Part shown: one piece after another, positions 17,990 to 26,386 of the stretch
Numbering within the stretch: position 1 is the stretch's first letter
Layout: each line of letters begins with the position of its first letter
DNA from: Candidatus Poribacteria bacterium
GTDB taxonomy: Bacteria > Poribacteria > WGA-4E > PCPOR2b
Length of the DNA: 64,000 nucleotides
Assembly (NCBI GenBank): GCA_965208675.1
Contig: OZ242351.1
Span: 2,456,491 to 2,520,490, forward strand
Direction: 5' to 3'
Made by a program: the position numbers and the translations under genes
Notes under the pieces: model-generated
Databases searched by the model: none
Seen by the model: the letters and a program-made list of their open reading frames with translations, nothing else
What the model was told of the DNA's origin: nothing

Positions 17990-19126
17990 TTATTCCGGTA
18001 TCGGGGGACTTGTGTCACCGTTTGCGTCGTTGGCTCCCGTTGTTCCAACCGGTCCTATGTCTGCGCCCCGATCCTCAAGTATTGATAGATACTCCTTCGC
18101 TTTTTCCGAATCGCCTCCGGCTTCAGACGTCTGCACAGCATGCCACAACGATTCGTCAATCAAACCGTCAAACCGTGCCTTTGCCGCCGCCAATGCCTCA
18201 GCACGCTCTTTCGCGCCGTCAAACAGAGCGGAGAACACATTCGCAAACACCGTATCCTTACGCGTTATACCCGCCGCTTCCGCGTATAACCGAGAAGCAC
18301 TAAGCTGCCCATCGGAGTTGTAGAAGTCTTCTTCCTTCGTCCACTTCGCCTTGGTCGCTAATTCCTGTACCTGCATCACATTGGCTTCAATGGCTAAAAG
18401 GTGTGTTGGGTAGTCTATCAGGAATTGCGCGTAGGATACCGTGTTGTCGGTGGTGAAGGCGGTCCGCGTCAGTTCTAATGCGTCGAACCACGTCTGACCG
18501 GCGTTGTGGTTGGAGATGCACCACACGCTCAACTTCACCGCTCCATCGGGCGGCAAAGCACTGACGGTGACTGTCCCCCAGTCGTTTTCGCCGGCGGGCA
18601 GCATAGGTGAGTCAGACGTGCTTATCATATCTCCATCTTTATTGAACCAGGCTATCAAGAGGTAGACTTCACCGTTGTTGCCTAGGGTCTTGACCTTCCC
18701 GGTCAGGGTGTACCACTGAAAACCGTCTCTCTCAACTGTAAGCTCGTCGCTTGACCATCGACCGTAGTTCCAGCGCGAGCTGTGGATGGAGATGCTGTGG
18801 CTGCCGGCGGATTTGACCTCGGAATCCCAGATGTAGTTGTCACCGACAAACAAGGTCAGGGGCGTCCAGTTGTTCGGACCTGGGAGTTCCTCATTGTTGT
18901 TGCTTTCATCAAACGACGGGTTAGCGAGCGCGACAGTGACGGCGGCTGCAGGCTGCTCGTCATCACCAGGCCCCACACCAGGGCCGCCGCCGGTTCCGCC
19001 AGTACCGCCGGTTTCACCAGTGCCCCCGGTGTCGTCGTTTCCGCCGGGGATAGGTGACGCGTGGAGAAATGAAGTGGATAACAACAGGAAAAGAATCGTA
19101 ATTGCGCTTATGAAATACCTTGACAT
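17990..19126 (-). CDS. secreted protein with Gly/Thr-rich linker, CBM4_9/galactose-binding-like jelly-roll domain and helical C-terminal domain
   Basis: The ORF extends to 19261, but the ATG at 19126 follows TAGGAGGTC (strong RBS) and yields the signal peptide MSRYFISAITILFLLLSTSFLHA. GGTGETGGTGGTGGGPG linker. NPSFDES...W...FDALEL pattern is typical of CBM-like sandwiches. Confidence 0.6.
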   Translation of the reverse strand: MSRYFISAITILFLLLSTSFLHASPIPGGNDDTGGTGETGGTGGTGGGPGVGPGDDEQPAAAVTVALANPSFDESNNNEELPGPNNWTPLTLFVGDNYIWDSEVKSAGSHSISIHSSRWNYGRWSSDELTVERDGFQWYTLTGKVKTLGNNGEVYLLIAWFNKDGDMISTSDSPMLPAGENDWGTVTVSALPPDGAVKLSVWCISNHNAGQTWFDALELTRTAFTTDNTVSYAQFLIDYPTHLLAIEANVMQVQELATKAKWTKEEDFYNSDGQLSASRLYAEAAGITRKDTVFANVFSALFDGAKERAEALAAAKARFDGLIDESLWHAVQTSEAGGDSEKAKEYLSILEDRGADIGPVGTTGANDANGDTSPPIPE

Positions 19127-19502
19127 GTTTTGACCTCCTAAGAGTTTGTTTGATAAAGTCATTTGATACGTTTGCGTATCAAAAATGTGGAAGCTATTCA
19201 ACATCGCTAAGAACTTGTTTGAAAAGTCCTTCCTTTCCCGACGAAAAGGGACTGTAGGCATCGCGTAACCCTGCTGCCGTCTTCTGCCGCGGGAAGGATT
19301 AAAAGATGCATCAATCTCTAGAGCCAGCCGGATTAGAGAAAGACAATCTGCCTCCCCTGTACTATGGCAAAAACCGTGCCAATGGTCGGTTTAAGGAGGA
19401 GTTCAACTCTGTAGAGACGGATAAATTCAGTGGTAGCCTAGGTTCGATGGATATGCGAAGGAGTCAGAAGGACGGTAGCGTGACAGGGTGCGGGTTGAAA
19501 AA

Positions 19503-19606
19503 GTCCCATATTGGGACTGACAAGATTGGCAGAAATAGCGGATAAGCCTGTAATGACGCGGGATGGGGGCGTTTTCCCAATATGGGAATTTGTCCCATAT
19601 TGGGAC
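19503..19606. promoter_or_regulatory. three copies of a 15-bp palindromic motif (candidate operator set)
   Basis: GTCCCATATTGGGAC at 19503-19517 and 19592-19606. TTCCCAATATGGGAA at 19574-19588. Confidence 0.35.
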
Positions 19607-20088
19607 GAAAGAAGAAGGTTTAAGGGCGGATTAGTTCATTCAATTGATAATTTTTTTTGTAGGACAGGATTTTTTTCAAGATTTAAATAATTTTTCGGTA
19701 AATTCCGAGTGATGTCCGGTGCGGTTGGGGAACCGAATCTACCGAGTTGGACGGAATTCGCTGTAGTTGGGAAATCGCACCTACCGCCGTGAAAGGAGGT
19801 TATACGACTTCAATTTCCGATACAGTGTTGATTAACCAATCTTCAACGCGTACACCCTAATGGACGCGCATCACTGTCTACACATTGGGGGTAAGTCAGG
19901 GCACGAGGAGGTGGGGACTTTTTTTTGAAACTGTCCGACATGGTTAGGAGCGAGGTTGCATTGCCCATTAAGCAACGCAATCAAACAGTGCAATAGTATG
20001 ACCGGATTCATCGGGGGCATCGGAACGGAATACGTCTATATTCGTACCTCGATACCGAAATTGTAAAGCGGCGAGCATAGACAATTCT

Positions 20089-20976
20089 TTACTCGCCGCT
20101 CTCCTCTACTTTCAATTTCCACAACTTCAGCTTTTGTTGCTGTGTGCTGCGCATAACAACGACCTGCTGCGGTCCAATGGAGTGGATAGTTGCGCCAGCA
20201 ATAACGTCTCCCACACGCGCCGTTTGTGCCCCAAATATGGCAATCGGGTTCGCTTCGTCCCACAGGATTCCTGTCAGTTGCGGTAAAGTCGACTCGGTCA
20301 CCGAGATTTTGGCTGTGATCGATTGCGGTGCAGTTGCGTCAAAAACAAACGGGTTGCGTTTGACGGAAAATCTTCGTATTGCTGGCATCTCAATCAGTGG
20401 CGAGTGACTAGTGGAGAGTGGAGAGTTAAGGAATTGCTCTCCACTCATCACTCTCCACTCTCCACTGTCTCTTTTGTGCATCGGCGAAAGTGTCAGACTC
20501 ATCCACAAGGTGTCTTTTTGCATTTTTCGTCGATAGAGCCGCACTTCCTCAATTCGTACCGTCGGGACTATCCGTTCCACAACTGACAAAAAAGTTATAA
20601 ATCCGTTATAGTTACCTGAAAGCGTCAGTTGAATCGGGAGCGCGCCATAATCGCCGCGATGCCATTCTCGGAGTTCCTCAACGCCGACGAGGAATGGGGA
20701 TAACCTATCGGAAATTTTTCCTAGCTCCGGCAAAAGTGCATCGGGTTCACGCCAGAGGAGTTGCTTTTCTATTCGATGGCGTTTCTCCTCTGCATCGGCG
20801 ACCTGTTTCATCCACTTTTGGTGGACAGTAGAAGCAGTGTCAGTGGTCTGTGATTTGTGACCAGTAGAAGACAAGTCCTTCTCTGTCGCCGTGGCACGCT
20901 TCCATTGGGCGAGTTGTACCACTAGCGCGGCAAACAGTATGAAGACTAGAAAGTAGAGTAATCGTATCATAATCAA
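20089..20976 (-). CDS. PilO-like / PilP-like fusion protein (type IV pilus or secretin alignment subcomplex)
   Basis: 295-aa ORF. N-terminal TM segment LLYFLVFILFAALVVQLA, coiled coil, PilO-like middle region. C-terminal KRNPFVF...LPQLTGILWDE..IAIF....ARVGDVI.GATIHSIGPQQVVV matches the PilP/GspC-HR beta-domain pattern. Confidence 0.55.
   Translation of the reverse strand: MIMIRLLYFLVFILFAALVVQLAQWKRATATEKDLSSTGHKSQTTDTASTVHQKWMKQVADAEEKRHRIEKQLLWREPDALLPELGKISDRLSPFLVGVEELREWHRGDYGALPIQLTLSGNYNGFITFLSVVERIVPTVRIEEVRLYRRKMQKDTLWMSLTLSPMHKRDSGEWRVMSGEQFLNSPLSTSHSPLIEMPAIRRFSVKRNPFVFDATAPQSITAKISVTESTLPQLTGILWDEANPIAIFGAQTARVGDVIAGATIHSIGPQQVVVMRSTQQQKLKLWKLKVEESGE
20395..20467. repeat. REP-like hairpin of the same family, inside the PilO/P-like ORF
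   Basis: cagtggcgagtgactagtggagagtggagag ... ctctccactcatcactctccactctccactg. Translated in frame as SGEWRVMSGEQFLNSPLSTSHSPL. Confidence 0.6.
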
Positions 20977-21028
20977 AAGGCAGTGGCGAGTGGAGAGTTA
21001 AAACTATCGCCTGAGATTTCTATGAAGA

Positions 21029-21165
21029 ACTATCGTACTCAACTATTCGTTCGATCGATCGTTTCCTTCTGTTACTGTAGGAGGGACATCCCTGTCCCGA
21101 CCATCGGGGCTAGGAAGCTAAGCAGGACTATCGCCCTCTCTATTCGGTCGGTTGATCCTACAGAT
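21029..21165. repeat. composite intergenic repeat: two ACTATCG..TATTCG.TCG.TGATC units flanking a TGTAGG-GGGACA/TGTCCC hairpin
   Basis: Units at 21029-21060 and 21127-21158. CTGTAGG (21073) and CCTACAG (21159) are reverse complements. Confidence 0.55.
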
Positions 21166-21169
21166 ATTG

Positions 21170-22804
21170 TCATTCAACTGCTTCTAACGAGGTGAGAGCT
21201 AATGTAAACTCCAGCCATCGCTTCCCGCCAATCAAGGTTTGTTCGGTCTCGACCTGTCGGACAGATGAGAATTCCGGTTGTGTGACTAAAGCGGCTCGGA
21301 ACGCATTTATCTCCGATTGAGCCGGTGCAACCCCGATAACCAATAGTGCGCGGCGGGCATCAAAGGTGACATCCGCTTTTGTCGCTTGAGATGGTAAAAC
21401 AGTGCGTATCTCTGTTAGCCGCACAGTAGCGGGACACCGATTGGAAATTTGCACCAAACGCTCCGCCAACGTCGGGAAACGACGCTCGCCCCAAGCGAGA
21501 TGCGCGAGCGCGTCTTCGATTTCGGTGTGACGTTCTTGCAGCGATTTGGTTTCCGTCTGCAATGTTTTTTCATGTGCGCGGGCACGACGAAGCGTATCAA
21601 TACGCTCGCTCTTCGATTCGATTGTATCAAAGAGTTTCACGTTAGCACCCAACAGCAGGAGCAGCGCGGCTATCGGAATCATCCGCATCAGCAACCGCTT
21701 TCGCCGCAATTTTCGTTTTACGGCTCTTTCGGCAAGCACCGGGGACAGCAGATTCAGGATAAAACCAGAGCCAGCGGTCAGTAACCTGTTGCCAGTGAAG
21801 GACGATTTTGCTGACCACCGGTCACTGGAAATTGGCCTCTGAATTGGTTTCAATAACGCCGTATGCCAATCGAAGGTGGATTCCGCAACCTCCGCAACCC
21901 CCAACTGTGAAGCAGTGCCAGTGGCTAGTGACCAGTAGCCAGCATTAGAAGCACTACTCTCACTGTTCACTGGCGCATGACCACTGGCACTGCCTTTGCT
22001 ACTTTCGGCAGCATGGAGCAGGACAATCCTTTTCAGCGGTGTTCCCGTTGGGTTAGGACAGTTGGCTAGGCTATGCCGAACCGTTCGCCACAGTTGATCG
22101 GCGTTTTCGATAACAAAGCTGCGCCCGAAGCAGATTTGAGCTTCCCTTTCTGGTCGGTCGGTTAATCCCGCCTCGACGACCACTAAATCGCACAGCTGTC
22201 CGTCGATATGTACGCCACATACCCGTTCCGAACCGTCCCAATGCGAAAGAAGTTGGTTGGCTAACACGACTGACTGCGGGGCTAGGTACGCCAATTCCAC
22301 TCCCGAAAGCTGTGCTAAGACCGAAACTAACTTTCTCTTAAGCATCCAACCGACCAACAGCGTCGTCGGCGACAGTAACTGAAAATCGTAAGCGGCTGAA
22401 TTCAAAGCGATGGGAATGTGATTCTCGTTCTCCAGTGCGGTCTCAATCGCCACTTTTTGCAGTTCAACCGTGGCTTGGGGAACGGCATCCGACATTTGAA
22501 TCCATTTGAGCAGCACCTCGTTGCTGGATATGGAGGCAAATACTGGCTGCGACTTTATGTCCGCAAGGAGGTAACGTACGGTTTCTGCGAGGGCGGGATG
22601 AGACAGCGGGTCAACGACTTGTCCCCTAAGACTATCGCACTCACTATCCGTTCGCTTGATCCCACCGTGGTAAGGGGGAGAACTCTCTGATGCCGGTAAC
22701 GGTCGTGAATCTTCCCGGACACACGTCCAGCTCCCGCCGCGCCAAACCATATCCGCTCGGCGGACTGCCGCGTGAGTTATCTGCAAACAGGTACAGCTTT
22801 TCAT
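21170..22804 (-). CDS. PilM-like / PilN-like fusion protein
   Basis: 544-aa ORF. Degenerate actin-like PilM-type N-terminal half, then basic stretch + TM segment (KRKLRRKRLLMRMIPIAALLLLLGANV), coiled coil and a PilN-like C-terminal domain. Confidence 0.5.
   Translation of the reverse strand: MKSCTCLQITHAAVRRADMVWRGGSWTCVREDSRPLPASESSPPYHGGIKRTDSECDSLRGQVVDPLSHPALAETVRYLLADIKSQPVFASISSNEVLLKWIQMSDAVPQATVELQKVAIETALENENHIPIALNSAAYDFQLLSPTTLLVGWMLKRKLVSVLAQLSGVELAYLAPQSVVLANQLLSHWDGSERVCGVHIDGQLCDLVVVEAGLTDRPEREAQICFGRSFVIENADQLWRTVRHSLANCPNPTGTPLKRIVLLHAAESSKGSASGHAPVNSESSASNAGYWSLATGTASQLGVAEVAESTFDWHTALLKPIQRPISSDRWSAKSSFTGNRLLTAGSGFILNLLSPVLAERAVKRKLRRKRLLMRMIPIAALLLLLGANVKLFDTIESKSERIDTLRRARAHEKTLQTETKSLQERHTEIEDALAHLAWGERRFPTLAERLVQISNRCPATVRLTEIRTVLPSQATKADVTFDARRALLVIGVAPAQSEINAFRAALVTQPEFSSVRQVETEQTLIGGKRWLEFTLALTSLEAVE
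21912..21993. repeat. REP-like hairpin of the same family, inside the PilM/N-like ORF
   Basis: gcagtgccagtggctagtgaccagtagccag ... cactggcgcatgaccactggcactgc. Translated in frame as a Ser/Ala/Gly-rich linker. Confidence 0.6.
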
Positions 22805-22854
22805 CTTTTAGAAAAAGCGTTGGGTTTCGAAATCCTGTTCAACCCAACTTACAA

Positions 22855-22990
22855 TCTGTCGCCCCGCTGGGGCTTAGGTGGGTGGGGTTGCGGTATTTCT
22901 ATACACCTTCCGCCCCGCTGGGGCTTTTGGCTTGATTGTTGGGTTTCGCAGAAAACTATCGCCCTCGTTATTCACTCGGTTGATCGCTCG
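22855..22990. repeat. intergenic repeat cluster: two GCCCCGCTGGGGC hairpins plus one ACTATCGCCCTC..TCGGTTGATC unit
   Basis: Hairpins at 22861-22873 and 22912-22924. Unit at 22955-22986. Lies between the PilM/N-like start and the secretin stop. Confidence 0.55.
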
Positions 22991-23004
22991 ACCCAATCTA
23001 CAGT

Positions 23005-25392
23005 TTATTCGGTTGGTCGATCATTGCTTTTAATCACTGTCGGTTGAATGATTACAATTAACTCCGTCTGTTCGACGGTTGTTTCTTTTGAGGAGAATAG
23101 GAGACCTCCAAGCAGCGGAATGCGGCCCAGGATTGGGACTCGGCTGACTTTCTGAATCTCCTTCTCCTGGAGCAACCCTCCAATCACAACGACGCCCTGA
23201 TCGGGGACGTTGATGGTGGTCTGTATCAGGCGCTGATCTAACGACGATTCTTCGCGTGACAGTTGGTCGGCATTTCGGATAGCGAGTTGTATTTGCATCG
23301 TGACCTCGCCGGAGGCGCCGATGGCGGGCGTCAATTCTAACAGAATTCCTGTTTCAATCGTGAAGTAGCTGCGGTAACTCGACGGCGGGTATCCGCCGAA
23401 CGCCGTTACCTGCGACGAAGATTCACCGACAACCCCGCCTATCGACGTGTAAATCGGGTTGTTGGTCTCGAACAGATGCTTCCCGCCAATATCGATCGAT
23501 GCCTTCTCGCCGTTCACGACAGCAAGCGAGGGATTAGCCAGCAGCTTACCGCGATTTTTTTCGACCAACGCGGATAGTTTCGCGCTGAACGCCGGCGGCA
23601 CACTCACCAACGAGTCGAAACTCACCACGCTTCTATCGTTTATCTGAACCGCAGCTCGGTTTTCGGCGGCTTCGACGGCCAGTCCCAATTCGTCACGGTT
23701 GCCTTTCGTCAACTCCAGCAGGTAGAGTTGAATCATCGCCTGCGGCTGAGGCACATCAACGGTTTGCAGATACTCACGAAATGCGCTAATTTTCGCACCG
23801 GAGCCCACGACTAGCAAGGCGCTCCGCTCCGGCAGTGGGCTGATGTTCACATTGAGCGGGGCAGGCAGCAGTTCCATTGCCTTCGGCACATCCAGATAGT
23901 TTAAGGCAATCAGTTCCTCCTCCACAAATGGCGCATTCATTTCGGATCCGATAATCAGCATCGGCTTTTCGTCAGGCGTCGTTTTGACCCATTTGTATGC
24001 GTAGCCCGAACCCAAAAACAGTGCCGACAGAACCGATTCTAAAGTGGCGTCTGTTTGGCGCAAGGTAACGGTCTCGGTTGATGAAATGGGCTGGGGGTCT
24101 GGGGTTGCACGTTGGGACGCAGTTGGCGATGTGGTTGACGGCTCCGGCGCTGTTCCATCTAAGAACACTATATCAATTCCGGTTTCAATGGAGAGCTGAC
24201 GTACCGCATCGAAGCGCGGCGCGTTTAATAGGTCAACGCTCAGCCGTCCCGTTCCGCTGTCCGAATTGATGGCAATCGCGCCGCTGCCCTGATATCCACG
24301 AATAGCATCGTCTGTGGTGTCCAGTTCACCAAGGAATTGTGCTGCCTCTTGAATCAACTTCCGTGATCCGACGATAGTGACCGTGTTGTGCGTCTGGGAG
24401 ACAACGACATTTTGCTTGGGGATATGAATCGGGAGTAGGTTGAGAACCGTGTTTGCCTCAAGGTGGCGTAGCCATATGGTCTTGCGTTCGATTAACGGGT
24501 TCAGTTCATCCGCTTTTATCTCAGGTCTGCCAAAGAAGTGGAGGTCATCGGTTTGACGATAGGTATAGCCGGTCATTTTCGCCAAATCCATTAATATCTC
24601 CGTAACGGTTCTGTTATCGAGCCGCAACGTGATTTTTTGGCGCTCAATATCCCCCACTATCGACAGGTTGATCTTTGCACGCTCCGCCAACTCCGTCAGC
24701 AGTAGAGTCAAACTCGCCTCGTGGGCTGTTACTGAGATGCGACCGTCGGATATCAATAGCGTTAAACCAGCTTGCTGCAAAGGTGCCGGAGGCTCAACTC
24801 GGTAGATGTCATCGGAAACGTGCAGGGTGAAGTCGGCGAATAGTACGGGCAGGGCCTTGTCAAGCGGTTGGTCTCGGAGATGTGACGTGACTTGACCCGT
24901 CAGGTTGGAGTCGCTAGTTATATTCATGCCGGCTTGAGCTAAAGCACGAACCACCTGATTCACTTCAACCCCGTTCGCATCAACAGCGAGTTTCCCTTCG
25001 GAGATGTTGAGCGAAAGGCGTTGGCTCTCAGGGAGGCTTTGTCCAATGAAATAGATTTCGCCGCGCTTTTCAAGCGTGAACCCGTTCGGTTCTAACAGTG
25101 CTAACAGCCCGGTTTCTATCGACACGGCGTTTAGGTTGGTCGTGACAGTGGTGGTCGCGGGGATAATATCAAGCCCCGCTACGCTGATGCTTTTCTGCGC
25201 GGCAAGATTGCCTAACACGTCGCGCAAGCTGGCGTCCCGGCAACTTAGGCTGAAAACGGAGTCATGGTTTTGGGCGTGGCTTGAGCAAGGAAGGATGTTA
25301 TCATGCGCAAGAGACAAGAAAAAGAGCAGCAATACGGTTCGAGGCACTGGGGTAATCTTTTCCATTCGGAATACGCATTGCAGGAACTTCAA
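23005..25392 (-). CDS. outer-membrane secretin (PilQ/GspD family) with multiple N-terminal STN/secretin-N-like repeats
   Basis: 795-aa ORF. Repeated short domains (ASLRDVLGNLAAQKSISV, ASLTLLLTELAERAKINL, RTVTEILMDLAKMTGYTY, ATLESVLSALFLGSGYAY). C-terminal secretin signature VSRVPILGRIPLLGGLLFSSKETTVEQTELIVIIQPTVI. Confidence 0.85.
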   Translation of the reverse strand: MKFLQCVFRMEKITPVPRTVLLLFFLSLAHDNILPCSSHAQNHDSVFSLSCRDASLRDVLGNLAAQKSISVAGLDIIPATTTVTTNLNAVSIETGLLALLEPNGFTLEKRGEIYFIGQSLPESQRLSLNISEGKLAVDANGVEVNQVVRALAQAGMNITSDSNLTGQVTSHLRDQPLDKALPVLFADFTLHVSDDIYRVEPPAPLQQAGLTLLISDGRISVTAHEASLTLLLTELAERAKINLSIVGDIERQKITLRLDNRTVTEILMDLAKMTGYTYRQTDDLHFFGRPEIKADELNPLIERKTIWLRHLEANTVLNLLPIHIPKQNVVVSQTHNTVTIVGSRKLIQEAAQFLGELDTTDDAIRGYQGSGAIAINSDSGTGRLSVDLLNAPRFDAVRQLSIETGIDIVFLDGTAPEPSTTSPTASQRATPDPQPISSTETVTLRQTDATLESVLSALFLGSGYAYKWVKTTPDEKPMLIIGSEMNAPFVEEELIALNYLDVPKAMELLPAPLNVNISPLPERSALLVVGSGAKISAFREYLQTVDVPQPQAMIQLYLLELTKGNRDELGLAVEAAENRAAVQINDRSVVSFDSLVSVPPAFSAKLSALVEKNRGKLLANPSLAVVNGEKASIDIGGKHLFETNNPIYTSIGGVVGESSSQVTAFGGYPPSSYRSYFTIETGILLELTPAIGASGEVTMQIQLAIRNADQLSREESSLDQRLIQTTINVPDQGVVVIGGLLQEKEIQKVSRVPILGRIPLLGGLLFSSKETTVEQTELIVIIQPTVIKSNDRPTE

Positions 25393-26050
25393 AGCGCCCG
25401 TTAGCAGTTTGCAACCTGAAACAAAAACACAAAAATGGGCTGCCTACTCAAGCCACGTTGCCCTTTTGTCCCGATTGAAGTTGAAACTGAAATTGAAGGC
25501 TGTAATGGATTATACAATTTGTTTAAGCGATTTGAGCGTGCGCTCGGGTGGTTTTAGGCGGATTCGAGTTCAGGCTTGGATTCCTAGACTCACAAACACT
25601 TTAAATCATCTGAAAAAACCTGTCAACACTTTTTCCAAGCCTCGAAATGCTCACCCGCGCCAATAGACAAATCCAAAAGATCGGAATTGCTTGCCCCGAA
25701 GCGTTGACGAGATGTTCATTTCGGCTCATAAAAACTTTCTCTTTCGCGCAGTCAGGTAAAAGGATGCTAAGCATTTTTTTCCCTAAAGGAAAATGTAGTC
25801 TCGTTTTTATTGCAACCCGCTTGTCACGGCAAAAGAACTAAGCGATTAACCCGAAACATCATCCAGCCCCCAAGTTCCTAGTTCGCCAGTTGCAACCTCC
25901 CGTATCGTAAAAAGTAACAGCATATTTTTTCTTAAGACTCCTATCATCCTTATCTAGATTGACTTTGATACGCCCCAACGGTACCGGAATTTACTGTAAT
26001 TTCGGTATCAGCTAGGAATGTACTTCAGATGAATTCGCCATTTTTTCGCG

Positions 26051-26080
26051 TTGAAGTTTGCATAAGTGGTATGATATACT
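26051..26080 (+). promoter_or_regulatory. candidate promoter with extended -10
   Basis: TTGAAG (26051-26056), 18 nt, TATACT (26075-26080) with TGa immediately upstream. About 300 nt upstream of the DUF4432-like gene. Confidence 0.35.
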
Positions 26081-26386
26081 GTTGTTGAGTAAAGACGGCA
26101 GTCGTGCAACTCATCCTGAATACATTCACAGGACAGGCGCTTCCTCATCCGGCATTAGAATTCCAATAAAATTTCGCTGCCTCACGGTACGATACCGCCG
26201 CATCTGCAACGATTTAAAACGCGAAATACCGCCCGGCGTTACCACGGCGGTTAAAGCGCATGAACCTGTTTACTCGAAGATGGATTGTACGCTTCGTGGA
26301 AATCAGCGATTGAGCAGAACTGTAATTTGCTAGGGTGCTGCGATTTCCGTCTTTATGGTTTTTCACCTCATAAGGGGAGGGTTAAT

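Noticed and set aside
19306-19545. 79-aa plus-strand ORF in the pil/RHS gap
   Set aside because: It has no RBS and runs opposite to all neighbours. It overlaps the palindromic 15-mer at 19503-19517. Its composition is not protein-like.
17921-23000. Possibility that the recurring hairpin repeats form a CRISPR array
   Set aside because: The copies are not regularly spaced and are imperfect inverted repeats of differing length. Several lie inside ORFs. No cas genes are present.
25076-25841. Plus-strand ORFs 25076-25666 and 25647-25841 upstream of the secretin
   Set aside because: The first mostly overlaps the secretin N-terminus on the opposite strand. Neither has an RBS or recognisable motifs. 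I treat the region as non-coding upstream sequence.
26081-26386. A ~300-nt leader upstream of the DUF4432-like gene as a possible riboswitch
   Set aside because: It contains only a short ACCGCC/GGCGGT hairpin. It resembles no riboswitch class I can recognise, and the true start codon is itself uncertain.
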